A stretch of 64,000 bases of DNA from Octopus sinensis (Eukaryota), in assembly GCF_006345805.1 (NCBI RefSeq), contig NC_042998.1, forward strand, positions 150,226,001 through 150,290,000, in the 5' to 3' direction. Under the pieces are notes generated by a model. The model was not told where the DNA came from. It made no database searches and worked only from the letters and a program-made list of their open reading frames with translations. Of this stretch, positions 24,891 to 38,204 are shown in pieces. Numbering within the stretch: the first letter of the stretch is position 1; every line of letters begins with the position of its first letter. Made by a program: the position numbers and the translations under genes.

Positions 24891-26550
24891 TACTAGCTGA
24901 GTTGCTCGGTAATACCCGGAACAGCGGTGGTTATTTCCAGTTCCTGTTTACCATTACACTGTTTCATGTCCTATCTCGTTCCCTGTTCAGTTCCCGTTTT
25001 AGTTCCGCTCCCATTCCTATCCCTAAACCTGTGTCAATATATAAATTTTAGAATCAGATAGATGTGATTAAGATATTAAACATTTTATTAACCTTTATGG
25101 TAATAGTTTATTGCTAAAACTAGGTATTACAAACTATTAATACGATTAGTGTTTGAATTAGGAATCTCCCTATATTATGTTAACAAACGAATGTGCATCT
25201 GAGTAAAATAAATGAGTTGACCAGTAATACCGGGAAAGCGGAGGTTATCCCCATTTCCTGTTCCATGTCCTATCCCGTTTCCTGTTCAGTTCCCGTCTTT
25301 ATGCTCAACCCATCGTTTACGGTAATAGTTTATTGCTAAAACTAGGTATTACAAACTATTAATACGATTAGTGTTTGAATTAGGAATCTCCCTATATTAT
25401 GTTAACAAACGAATGTGCATCTGAGTAAAATAAATGAGTTGACCAGTAATACCGGGAAAGCGGAGGTTATCCCCATTTCCTGTTCCATGTCCTATCCCGT
25501 TTCCTGTTCAGTTCCCGTCTTTATGCTCAACCCATCGTTTACGGTAATAGTTTATTGCTAAAAATAGGTATTACAAACTATTAATTCGATTAGTGTTTGA
25601 ATAAGGAATGTCCCTATATTATTTTAACAAACGAATGTGCATCTGAGTAAAATAAATGGGATAAATAGACAGATTTGCAAATACATTGACAAAAAGTGCG
25701 CGTATTGTAGCTGGCGTTATCGTGTGTCGTAGCTTATCGTAACTGAGTTGTAAATATGTGCTACAACCCCAGTCCCTAGGGGGCCCATTATAGATTTTTG
25801 TTGAAATGCAATTCGTCTATAATTCATTTTGATAGTAGGAACAAATAAATAACAAAGTCGGACTTAACGAGGAAAATTATTTCAATATACCAAATTTGAA
25901 AATTTTGACGTAGAGTTAAAATCTCACAATATGTGACAGCAACAGGGAAGAACCTACGAAAGTTGAGAGATAGACTGTCATAGGACGTGACACACACGCA
26001 CGCACGCACATACACACACAAACACACACACATTTACAAACGTACACACAGGTAATCACGAGTTCAGAAAGTGTGTAAAGTAGACATATGTATGTATATA
26101 TATATATATAATATATGTATGTCTGCGTGTCTGTGTGTGAGTGTTTCTCTGCGATGGACAGCAGAAAATCAACCCACCACATCTCTCCTTAAAGCTACGT
26201 ATTCCTCACACCCACTTTTCTTTGTGTGTGTATCTTTTATCTATGTATTTTCGAAAGTATGTATATAGCGCCGCGTGCATATGACAGCTGTATTAACGTT
26301 AATGTCCCATTGCCACCGCTGTTCTTGCCTTCCCTGCTCTCTGCTACCACCTTTCCCTCCGGCTAATACTTTTTGCAACCTTCTCCTTTTATCATAAAAT
26401 TCACCCAACATTATAGATTTTTATTGAAATCCATTTCACCTATTATTGAATTGGATGTTAGTGCAACATGTATGCAAAGTTTCATAAATATTGGTTCGCT
26501 AGTTTAGGCAATAAGATCGTAACAGACAGACAGAAATTGCCATTTATGTA
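24891..26550 (+). mobile_element. Non-autonomous Helentron-like (HINE/DINE-1-like) element
   Basis: Starts TACTAG.. after (TA)n, carries internal tandem repeats, and ends ATGCAAAGTTTCAT..ACAGACAGACAGAAATTGCCATTTATGTAT. Confidence 0.55.
25099..25658. repeat. 222-bp tandem repeat, about 2.5 copies
   Basis: GGTAATAGTTTATTGC starts at 25099, 25321 and 25543. Copies 1 and 2 appear identical. Confidence 0.95.
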
Positions 26551-26600
26551 TGTGTGTGTGTGTACGTATGTATGCATGCATGCATGTATGTATGCGTGTT

Positions 26601-26632
<32 letters not shown>

Positions 26633-26746
26633 TGTATGTATGTATGTATAGATAGATATTGCATATTGCGAAAAAGGAGGCAGTCACACAATTTTGAATA
26701 ATTCTTACGGCTTTCGTTCGTTTATCGAACTCGTCAAGACAAAATC

Positions 26747-26808
<62 letters not shown>

Positions 26809-26836
26809 TGTGTGTGTGTATGTATGTATGCATGTA

Positions 26837-26931
<95 letters not shown>

Positions 26932-27218
26932 TGTATGTATGTATGTATATGTATATATATATTGTGGTTATGAGAGGTAATGGTGTCAATAAGACCCAAA
27001 GGTGTCAGATAATGCTGAGTAAGTGCTATGGACAGACTATAGTTAAGCTCCAGGTTCAGTGATTGGTACTGGAATATTATATGTATACCATTCTGCCTAA
27101 CTAATGTATCTACGGATGCAATATCCCTGCATATCTTACGTGTATTTTCATTCCTCCACTTCACTCTCTATTTCATATCTTATCTAAAATAACTATTGCT
27201 TAACCATTCTCTCACACT

Positions 27219-27266
27219 GTCTCCGATGAAGGGATATATAAAATATCCCGGAAACAGCTGTAAGAC
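27219..27266 (+). ncRNA. Minimal type I hammerhead-like motif
   Basis: GTCT CCGATGA A GGGATAT ATAAA ATATCCC G GAAA C AGCT G TA AGAC. Stems I, II and palindromic III are present; U4 is changed to C. Confidence 0.55.
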
Positions 27267-28777
27267 CTATTTATAAATGTTTTAAAATCTTTCACAGCCT
27301 TGGATTTTTATCTCAATCTGAAAGTTTATCTATATATGTATATGTATATGTATATATATATATGTGTGTGTGTGTGTGTATGAATGTGTGTGTGTGAATG
27401 TGTGTCTGTGTGTATGTATGTATGCATGTATAGAGAGAGGGAGAGAAAGAGAGACGCACAATTTTTTATATGCTTTAAAACCTAGAAGTGACTTAAGTGT
27501 CCATAGTTTCGTGTCAAATCTTATGTGAAACATATATGCTCTCTATCTCTCCTATTTGGAAAACCTAGACTATATGTGTGTCTGTGTCTATGCTTGTACA
27601 CACACACACACGCACATACATATACATATACATACATAGACATACATACATATTTATATGTATGTATATGTATATGTATGTGCGTGTGTGTGTGTGTGTA
27701 CAAGCATAGACACAGACACACATATAGTCTAGGTTTATATATATATATGTATGTATGTATACTTATGTACGTATATGTTTATACATACGCACACATTCAA
27801 ATACAAAAGCACCCTACATTGATGAATTTCTTCTGTTTATGAAATGTAATTATACATGTATACGTGAGTACGAGTATGTGTCTGTATGCGTGTGTATGCA
27901 TGTGTCTACGTGTGTCAGAGACAGAAAGTCTCTCTTCCCTCCTCCCCCCTTTCCTTCTTTTTCTTTCTCTCTTTCTCTTTCTTTCTCTTTCTCTTTTAAT
28001 CTTCTCTCTTCCTTCCTCTTTACTAGGTCACATGTAGACAATATGTCTGACCTTGCCCAACATTTAAACAATCCACAACAGACATTGTTTTTTTTTTTAC
28101 ATCCTTCCTTGTTTCTACTAATCTTTCTTCTTTTTTCTTCCTTTCGTTGACTTCCATTCTTTCTTTTCTTCTTTTTATGTTGCCACTTGTTGTCTTCACT
28201 TTTCTATTCTTTATTATTTTCTTTCAGTTATTATTTCTTTCCCTTCTTCGCCGTTACACACACACACACACAAACAGACAATCAAACTCGCACACACACA
28301 CACACACAAGCAGGCATGCAAACACGCACACACATACACACATATACACATACATATGCACATACATATTCACACGCACACATGCAGATATTACAACATA
28401 CGCAAATACATACACAGATACACACATACATATGCACATACATATTCACATGCACACATGCAGATATTACAACATACGCAGGATCTTTTCTAAAAGATGG
28501 ACAGAATTTCTACTTAACTAAATAATTTGAAACTTCGTATACTGGTAGAATGTGTCAAAAGAAAACATTAATTTCAATTAGTTTTTTTGAGAAAAATGTA
28601 TTTTGCAACTTTTACGTAGTTTAATTCTTCGAATTTTAACCAATCGTATTCTCTGTTTTGAGCTCAATTCATTGCTGCCGTGTTATTCATCCTTATCAGT
28701 TTTCTGTCTTCTGTCTTCAAAGGCTTCTCCCATGTTTATTTCAATGTCATCCCTGACTTACGGACCGATTACTCGTG

Positions 28778-29260
28778 TGCGTGTGTTTTTGTTGTGTATA
28801 TGTGTGCGTGTGTGTGTTTGTTGTGTGTGTGTGTGTGTTATTGTTGTGTATGTGTGCGTGTGTTGTGTATCTCTTAAATCGATGAATTTCGTCGCTCAAT
28901 AAAAATATTAACGATATTAAAGTTCAAAAAATATCGTTAATATTTTTATTGGGCGACGAAATTCATCGATTTAAGAGATACACAACACACGTACACATAC
29001 ACAACAACAAAAAAACACACACACATACACAACAAAAAGACACACACACACACGCACACATACACAACAAAAAAAACACACACACACACACATACACAAC
29101 AATAACACACACACACACAACAAACACACACACGCACACACATACACAACAAAAACATACACACACGTACACAACAAAAAGACACACACACACGCACACA
29201 TACACAACAAAAACACACGCACACACATACACAACAATAACACACACACACAACAAACAC
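28778..29260. repeat. Foldback with 11-nt loop and microsatellite-like outer arms
   Basis: 28857-28918 pairs with 28930-28991 (1 mismatch). Outer GTTGTGT/ACACAAC modules continue the inversion and are expanded on the right. Confidence 0.9.
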
Positions 29261-29304
29261 TGGGATTTCAGCATCAACAACAGGGTATTTTTCTTTCTAT
29301 GTAT

Positions 29305-29520
29305 GTATGTATATGTGCAGATTTGTATGTTTTGCTTTATGTATTCTTATGCATATAGTTGCATATCTAGACATGTTCATATATATTTAAATGATAAACT
29401 TCTGGAAAGTTTTACAGATTTTTACAGTTCCAGTGATGGATTGGAATTAGTTTTCTTCTTTCTGGTTTTGAGAAGCCTAATTTCTGTGCTTACATTTTAT
29501 TGAGGTCTTCACTGGGACAT
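29305..29520 (-). mobile_element. RLE-type LINE 3' end (same family as 41925-42100)
   Basis: Minus strand reads ..FQSITGTVKICKTFQKFII*, followed by a UTR and (CATA)n. Confidence 0.7.
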
Positions 29521-29577
29521 TCCACCTTTACTCCTTTTTATTATGAGTGACTATGGCTTCTACCATATCATGGGTTC

Positions 29578-32500
29578 TTGTTACATTGTTGATACCCTGC
29601 TTTGGTGATGCCCCAATATTGGCGGCGAGGATTCGAACCCACGTAGAACAGTTAACAAATGTTTGTGATGCAAAGTCGTTAATTATGGAAGACTTATTAG
29701 CTTCTGTAATGCAGTTGACAAAGCAACAGCAACAGCAGCAAAAGTACAACAGCAGAAAGTCAAACAACAATACTCAAGAGTCGAACAACAGTAATCAAGA
29801 GTCAAACAATAGTACTCAAGAGTCGAACAACAATATTCAAGAGTCGAACAACAGCACCAAGAGTCGAACCACAGTACTTGAGAGTCGAACAGCAGTTGCT
29901 GAAATTAATGAAGAAATTTGGAAACACTGCAAGTTCGCATTCGCCAGACGGCGTAGCGAATGGTATAATACTTGCATCGTACTTCAGATGGTATGAAGAA
30001 ATCTTCTGGGAAGATTACAAGTCGTAAACGGACGAGAAAAAGGTTAGACTATAATTACGTAAATGTATACTAACCCCAAAATCTAATGAAATTTGTTTCC
30101 AGGAAACAGTCGAATTACTATCAAAAATGTTCAGTGATAATAGTTCTCTATTTAACACTCGATGGGAGTGTTGGATCTAGTTAAAAGAGAGGATGAAGAC
30201 TTTGTCACGTATGCCGGGACCGTAAACAGAATGTGCGAAATGTTTAAACTGAAGGAAGTAACTCCTGATATGTTTAAGTGCCTCATTTTTGTACAAGGGC
30301 TAACGGCAAACAAAGATGCGAAGATCCGTGCAAGGATTCTCACAAAACTTGAACCAGCAGACCAGAGTTTAACCATGAAGATAGTTGCAGAAGATTGTCA
30401 AAGAACGGTAAACTTGCAACAGGATAATACAATTGAAGAGAAGGATTTCTCACAAGTACAGGCATGTCGACCGGAAAGGAATAAACAAGAAAGATATTAG
30501 GATCAAACCCATACTACGGATGTAAGGCCTTCATTTCATGAAGAACTGTCCTTTCAAAATGCGGACATGTTACAGTTGCTAAAAGATAGAACACAAGAGC
30601 TCACATTGCAGAGCAAAGTTAGAAAAGTCGACTATAAAACATTCTAAACTTTTCTCAACGGAAAGTAGAAACGACTCCAAGAAGAGAAAATTTGTACATG
30701 TAAAAGTAAACGAAGTAAATATTAAATTACAACTAGATACTGGTAGTGACATTTCGATTATTGATACTGACACGAGGAAAAGAATTGAGCAACCTACGTT
30801 AAGAAAAGCATCGAAAATTGTACGAGGCGTGACAGGTGAAAAACTACGCTTTGTACGCGAAATGTGGAGCGATATTACATTTCATGGTAAAACCAGTAGA
30901 GCAAAAGTTTTCGTGTTAAAAAAATGCCACCAGTCTGTTCGGTATGAACTGGATGGAGTTGTTTGACCTCCCCATAAGACTGTACTGTAAAAAAAATAAA
31001 TGGCTGTCCCACCTGTAAAAATAACTCATCAGATGAATTGAAGAAAAAATGAAAAAACTTGTTCCATGAATTACTGTCGGATAAATTAGGTCTCTGTACT
31101 AAGCATGAGGCGTGTTTCCAGATATATGAAAACGTCGCACCTGTGTTCGAACCCAGTAGAAAGGTACCTTTTGCTGCAATAAAACAGGTAGATGAAGAAT
31201 TAGACAGACTAGGTAAAAAAAATGGTACTATTCAAAAAGTGGATTATTCTAAATGGGCAGCACCAATTGTGTGTATATAAAAAAGAACAAAATCGGGGTG
31301 TATGCCTATCTTTCTACTGGTTTCAATAACTGTCTAAAATTGTACCACTATCCGCTACCTACTCCGGAGGATATTTTTGCAGAATCAAACGGTGGCAAGA
31401 TGTTTTCGAAACTAGATCTGTCTGATGCGTACCTATAAATTAAAATAGACGAGCAATGCTCGAAATTTCTATCATTGAATACGCATAAAGGACTTTATAA
31501 ATGTAATAGATTATATTTTGGTCTAAATGACGCACCTGCAATTTTTCAACAGGTTATGGATGTGGTATTTGCAGACCGTAAATTTGCAATTACATACCTG
31601 GATGATGTATTAATTAAAAGTGAATTTCATGATAAGCATGTCGAGCATGTAAAGTGTGTTTTTGAAAAAATATGAGATAACTATTTCACACTTAGTGAGG
31701 AGATGTATGAAGGTCTTTGCCTTAAATTAAATATTTAGGATAAATCATTGGTAGAAATGGAAGACAATCGGATCCACCGAGAGCAGACGCAATAAAAATA
31801 TTCCTCCTCCGACTAATACAACGACCATACAAGTTTTTCTAGGTCTAGCGAATTATTATCAAAATTACATACCAAACATGTATAATTTGATAGCTCCATT
31901 TAATAATTTGCTAAAAAAAAAGGATGTGAAGTGGAATTGGTAAAATAATTATCAAAACACGTTTGACGATATTTAAAAAAGTGTTAATATCAGATTTGTG
32001 GTTGGCTCATTTCGATCCTGCAGCGGAGATTGTTGTAGCATCTGACGCTTCTGAATACGGCATAGGAAAAGTAATGCTACACAAATATAAAGACGGCAAT
32101 ATGAAGGCGGTGGTTCATGCCTCGTATTTCTGATAGCTACAGAGTAAAGCTATAGCCAAATAGAGGAAGAAGCTCTTGCGCTTATTTTTGCTGTGAAGAA
32201 ATTTCACAGATTTTTGTACGGTAGTTTTAGGCTACAAACTGATCACCGACCGTTACTATCAATTTGGGGGTTGAAGAAAGAATTCCTACCTGTTGAGCTT
32301 CAATATTGTTGAATTACGACTTTAAGATAGAATACATTCCTTCTAAGAAAATTGGCCATGCTGATTAGCCGTCTAGGCTAATTCCGAAGAATCCGGAACC
32401 GCTAGAAGATATGATGATAGCCGCATTACAATCAGAAAAAGTAATTAAAAACATTATGTGCAATGTCAGTCAAGAGCTGCCAGTGACTGTACAAGATATA

Positions 32501-33941
32501 AATAGTAAATCAGTGGAGGACAAATACATTATAAAATTGAAGAGAAACCATTTTTGTCTGTGTGATAATATGTTGATGTACACACAAAGAGTAGTAGTAC
32601 TAACTGCACTACAGAAACGTGTATTACATGAATTGCATAGTGGACACCCGGGGATGTCAAGAATGAAAGCCTTGATGAGGAGTTACGTGTTTTGACTGAC
32701 AATGGACCGGAACATTGAAAATTTGGTAAAATCATGTAGAGATTGTGCACCAGCAACCAAGGCACCACCGGTGAAATACCAATCGTACATATGGACTAGT
32801 GAATGGTGCGTACTACTTGATCATGGTTGATAGCTTTACCAGATGGCCGGAAATATGTAGGTGCAGTCAACCAACCTCAAAATTAACAATAAAGTTCCTG
32901 CACCAATTTTTTGCTGGTTACAGTGTTCCAAACACCATAGTATTGGAAAAGGGAAAACAATTTACCGGATACAATTTCAAAACTTTAGGCAAAATGTATG
33001 CACTCAAGCACATTTTTATCCCACCCGAGATCAAATGAGCTGGTAGAACGATTCGTAGACACTTTTAAGCGAGCACTAAAAAAAGCAAGGAACGAGTTAG
33101 GAAATGACGAAATGCTAACTCAGTTCTTAAGGACGTAAAGAAAAAGTGCCCAATCCGAATACTGGTTCAAGCAAGTCACCTGTAAAGCTAATGTTCACTC
33201 GGAAGATAAAGTCTATCTTCGACAAACTGTTGCCGAAGAAATAAACGTATAGAGAAAATACAAACAATTCAACTGAACATTTTGATGTGGGAGACAAAGT
33301 CCATTTCAAAATATACAAAAACGGCAAAGAAGGTTAGGAGGACGGTATAGTAACTAAAAGAATTAGAAGCATGATGTATGTAACAAAAAGCCAACGATGG
33401 GAGCATAAATGACACCTACATCAATTAAAAAGTAGATATACGGAAGAAAGGAAGGAAATTCCAATGGAAGTGTTTACATGTTCGATGTGCCACCGCCAAA
33501 AGAGATTGAGCCTAGAAGGAGCATTAATAGAAAACATAAACAAACTAAGCGGAGAAGGCATTGAACTCCCTGGAAAATCAAAATTTCAAAAAGGAGAGAT
33601 GCTGGAAAGGAAAAAATGATAATGATAAAATAAAATAAATTTCGTTTCCTATGGAAGTCGAAATTTCAAAAAAGGAGGATGGTGTGTCGGGGGTCACGAC
33701 AAACCCTGGTAGAATAGATTGACCGAACGACTATAATTAGTAGCAATCTTAGATGACAGACAGAGTAGGCGTTAATTACAGGACGTCGTAAGGTGTCGTT
33801 TTGGTAGTTTGTCGGAATATCATTTGTTGGTTCGTGTCTAGTTCATAGAGAGTTTGTTGGATTGTTACATTGTTGTTACCCTACTTCGTTAAATATTTTG
33901 TTACAATACGGTTATAGTGTAAAAAAAATATCCTTATAACA
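29578..33941 (+). mobile_element. Decayed Ty3/Gypsy LTR retrotransposon (gag-PR-RT-RH-IN)
   Basis: PBS at 29620; gag ATG at 29685; protease LDTGSDISII (DTG 30736); RT KWAAPIV, FSKLDLSDAY, YLDD (31595); RNase H SDASEYGIG; IN HSGHPG..CRDC and VDSFTRWPE; PPT and 3' LTR. Many stops and frameshifts. Confidence 0.93.
33680..33941 (+). repeat. 3' LTR (TG...CA, about 262 bp)
   Basis: Immediately follows the purine tract AAAAAAGGAGGA and ends ATAACA. 33862-33886 matches 29578-29602 at 23/25. Confidence 0.6.
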
Positions 33942-35403
33942 ATTGGCGATACCACACTTAACAACAAGACCTTATTTAAGTAGAGTGTATTACATATATT
34001 TGGCTACGAAAATATCGACATACATGCAGGAGTTCATTCTTCAGTTACCTTTATTTTGTATTGAGCCTTCTTTGAATTACATTCATTTATCATTTCTAAT
34101 TTTCTATTTCCCAAGATATTTTCTCCTTTCTCAAATCCCATAATTAAATAATATAGTGTAATTAATCAAGTCTTTGTTGCTTCGTACTGACGAGAGCCAA
34201 CCAAATCGAAATTGCAGTTATATACGAATATTAAGGATTTTAAAGAAAATTAGCTTAAATAAATGTATGAAGATTATTTGATATATTTCATGCCATTAAA
34301 CGCAAGATTACTTCCCTGATGAAAAGTATTCAATTATAATGACTTCTGGCAAAAGGATTCTTTCCCTTGCAAAACCGAAATGAACAACTAATGAAGCAAC
34401 AATTTGAAGTTGCATAAGTGTTTTCTAAACTCTGTAGACATTTTTATGTATGTTTTGGGAAAGAAAATATTGTTTCATATCGTCGAAATTCATAATATAA
34501 ACATTGGTGATAAATATATGGACAAAAGATATTTGATGAGTAAACTGCTGCAAATAAAACCGACTTGAATATCTTCGATAAAAATAAATAAGTACGGCCG
34601 GTGACAGCTATAATAATTCAGTTATATCTTTGTGATAAACTATGGAATAATACATACGTACATACAAGCATACACACACGCGCACATACATACATGCATG
34701 TATATATACACACATGCGCACATATATATATATATATACATATCTATTAAATATACAATATACATACATATATAGATATATATGTATAGACCTACCTTAT
34801 CGAAAATTTTTAGTGGAAAACGTTTTGAGGGATCAACTCACTTATCTGATAAGTCGGGGAATAGAGAAATAAACCGATATAAGAACAATTTTTGTTTTTA
34901 TGTTATTGGACTATGGAATAGAATTTCAAACACGAAATTTGGAGGAAGACGAAGAAGAAAAAGCATAATTCCGTTAGATGCCAGTGATAAAAGATGTAAG
35001 GAATTTGCAACTAATCTAACCTATCAAAGTATTTTGGTAAAACAAAAATAAATAAATAAAATCCAGTTTGTTGATATGAAGCAGAAATGTATGAGATTTT
35101 TTCTTCAAAAAATTCAGCCAATTGAAGGGAAAGTATGAAAAACACTTTTCTGAAATAAATTTTTTATAGAAATTATTTTACGTCCAGTAAAATATGAAAA
35201 TATATTGGCAACACATCATAAATAGTATAGCAAAAAAATTTTTTTTCTTCTGTAGTTTCGTTTCGTTTGTTTTTTAGGCCACTATTTAGAATGAAATATA
35301 TTTCTATCGGGAATATCGTTCGGTGTCCAAGTGCGTGTAAGATGTACGTGTTTGTGTGTGTGTGGTGTGTGTGTGTGTGTGTGTGTGTTGTGTGTGTGTG
35401 TGT

Positions 35404-35457
<54 letters not shown>

Positions 35458-35576
35458 TGTGTGAGCTTTGGTTTGTGTTTGTATGTGCGTGTTTTTATGA
35501 GTGTGTGATTGCGCACATGTGTGTGAAAACTTATATCTATACATACACCTATGTATATTTATACATATATGCATAT

Positions 35577-35639
<63 letters not shown>

Positions 35640-36129
35640 TGTATATATACATACGTATATATATATATGTGTGTGTACTTATATATATATATATATATTA
35701 TATATATATATATATATACACATATATATATATACGTATGTATATATACAAACAAATATATAAGAAATTAAATAAATGACAAGGGAATAAGAAATTATGT
35801 CGTGAACTTCTTTAGCTTACAGTTATTTCAGCTATAGGATGCAATGCACTCGTAGTTGAGTGCTTGTGTATCACTCTATAGCTTCATCAGTGCTTCAAAA
35901 CTGAAGTGCAACTTTATTTGTGGAAAACACTTTTGCATTTGTAAACATGTACAACAAAATAAGCGTCTGGTAGCAGCAAACACGATTAAGCCAATGAAGT
36001 CTATGACATAATTTCTTATTCCGCTGTCATATTTATTTCATTTCTTATTACTGTTCTATACCGGACTGACGCTGTGTTCTGAAACTTATGTTCTAACACC
36101 AGATTATTCGCATTGCTATATCTAAGCGA

Positions 36130-36191
<62 letters not shown>

Positions 36192-36390
36192 TAATAATAA
36201 TAATGATAATAATAATAATGATAATAATGATAATGATAATAATAATGATAATAATGATAATAATGACAATAATAATAACAATAATAATAATAATAATAAT
36301 GATAATAATAATGATAATAATGATAATAATGATAATAATGATAATAATAATGATAATAATAATAATAATAATGATAATAATAATAATAAA

Positions 36391-36931
36391 TGCCCTGCAG
36401 TGGCTCTCTTGGCTTCTGATCTTAACTGATTAGAAGTATTATCATGTACATTGTTTTGTGTTGGTATAAAAGATGGGCTACAGCAAATATTCTGCTCAAT
36501 ACCACAGATTTGCTTGTCACTTGTTTGACCTTAACCAGTTGACCATGTCCCTTAGTAGCTGACGATATGTGCATCTCTGACCACGAGCAGAATTAGTGGG
36601 GTAGCATCATATCCATGTGTTGATAGGGATTATTTGGGGTTTGAATAATTCACCTCTGGAAACATGGGTATTTCGTTCAACATCCTTAAACAACCCTTAT
36701 TCAGGGACCTTTTGAGCGGGATGGGCTTCTCGACCAGAAGAAAATTCTAATGTGCCCCACCTGCAAGGTCATGTGCTGTTTATCTTGATATGAGATCACC
36801 ATGTCGCGCACATATGGTTGCGATGCATGTGCCTGATGTACCCTTAACAGACGGGTAATCATGATGGGTATACTGGGCTTCGTATATTTTATTCCAGTGT
36901 CACATTGATGGCTTACACTGCTCTCTCACTC
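36391..36931 (+). mobile_element. Longest copy of (TAA)n-associated family D2
   Basis: About 540 bp of non-coding unique sequence between (AAT)n tracts; homologous to 1-354 and 49968-50140. Confidence 0.75.
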
Positions 36932-37005
<74 letters not shown>

Positions 37006-37019
37006 GATATATATATATA

Positions 37020-38165
37020 TACATCGGACAAACGGGACGCCGCTTGGCTGAATGGTTCGCGGAACACCTTCGTGACATCCACCTTGCGAACGACACACCG
37101 GTCTCTCGCCATTTCCGCTCCACCGATCACTCCTTGCAACACCTATCTGTGTTCGGTTTGTCCTTACACAGAGGCCATCCGGGTTCCCGTTTGCGCCGTG
37201 AACAGGAATTAATCTTCTCTCTTCGCTCTTATACGCCATTTGGTCTCAACTCTCCCCCCCTCCTCATCTAACCCCCTCTCCCCCCTCCTCACCTACCTTT
37301 CCCCCCGACCCCTACTTCTTCAGTCCTTCATCTTTTCACCCCTACTCCCCTTCCCTTCTTCTCTCTTTCTCCCTCCCTCCTTCCCTCTTCCCCTTTCCTC
37401 TGCTCCCTCACTCCCCTTCTCTCTCTCCCCCTCTCCCTCTTTCCTCCTTCCTCCTCCCCTCCTCCTCCCCTTCCTTCTCCCCCTCCTCTCTCTCCCCATC
37501 TCCCCATCTCCCCCTCCTCTCCTCCCCCTCTTCTCCTCTCTCCACACTACACCACACGACTTTACACATCACATCATATATGATTTGCCATACTAATACA
37601 TACACCAACTAATACATACTAATACATACTAATACATACTAATACATACTAATACATACTAATACATACACCAACCCTATACATACACACGTCCAGACCT
37701 CTCATACGCACTAATACTCTCTCATACACACACACACACACCCTTATACATACTAATACGTACTAATACATACTAATACATACTAATACATACACCAACC
37801 TTATACATACACACGTCCAGACCTCTCATACGCACTAATACTCTCTCATACACACACACCCTTATGTTGGAGCTGGTCACTCAATCCTATTATCTCCCCT
37901 AATTTCGCTCTCGCGTCTCATGTTTGATCTTTGACTTCTGGCCGAAATCAGATCGCCATGTTGGTTCGTTAGTTACTGCACGCATTTTTTTTCTCTCCTT
38001 CTTTCTGTGTTTTTTTCTCTCTGTGTATCTTTCTGTTGAAGAGCGTAGGCTCGAAACGTTAAAGACTTGTTTTATTTATATTTCCTGAGCGCCATACTAA
38101 TACAATTGTTTGTTTGTTTTCCACCTGCCTTCGTCTTTTGTCTATTTTCATAAAGCTTCCCGTTA
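37020..38165 (+). mobile_element. Penelope/Poseidon-type PLE 3' fragment (GIY-YIG C-terminal half plus terminal repeat)
   Basis: YIGQTGRRLAEWFAEHLRDI..HF..H..LSVFGL..REQELIFSLRSYTPFGLN* (stop at 37271). Flanked by (TA)n. Confidence 0.85.
38028..38065 (+). ncRNA. Minimal hammerhead-like motif with CUGUUGA core
   Basis: TCTTT CTGTTGA A GAGC GTAG GCTC GAAA C G TT AAAGA. The same core occurs at 52707-52743 on the minus strand. Confidence 0.5.
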
Positions 38166-38171
38166 TATATA

Positions 38172-38204
<33 letters not shown>

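Noticed and set aside
29547-29684. Signal-peptide-like N-terminus of ORF 29547-29996
   Set aside because: It reads through LTR remnant and PBS sequence; the plausible gag start is the ATG at 29685.
29755-29900. CRISPR-like regular short repeats
   Set aside because: Head-to-tail 21-mers with no unique spacers, inside a eukaryotic gag region; no cas genes.
33942-33950. Second PBS (ATTGGCGAT) after the 3' LTR
   Set aside because: Only about 6 nt match and no internal sequence follows; chance cannot be excluded.
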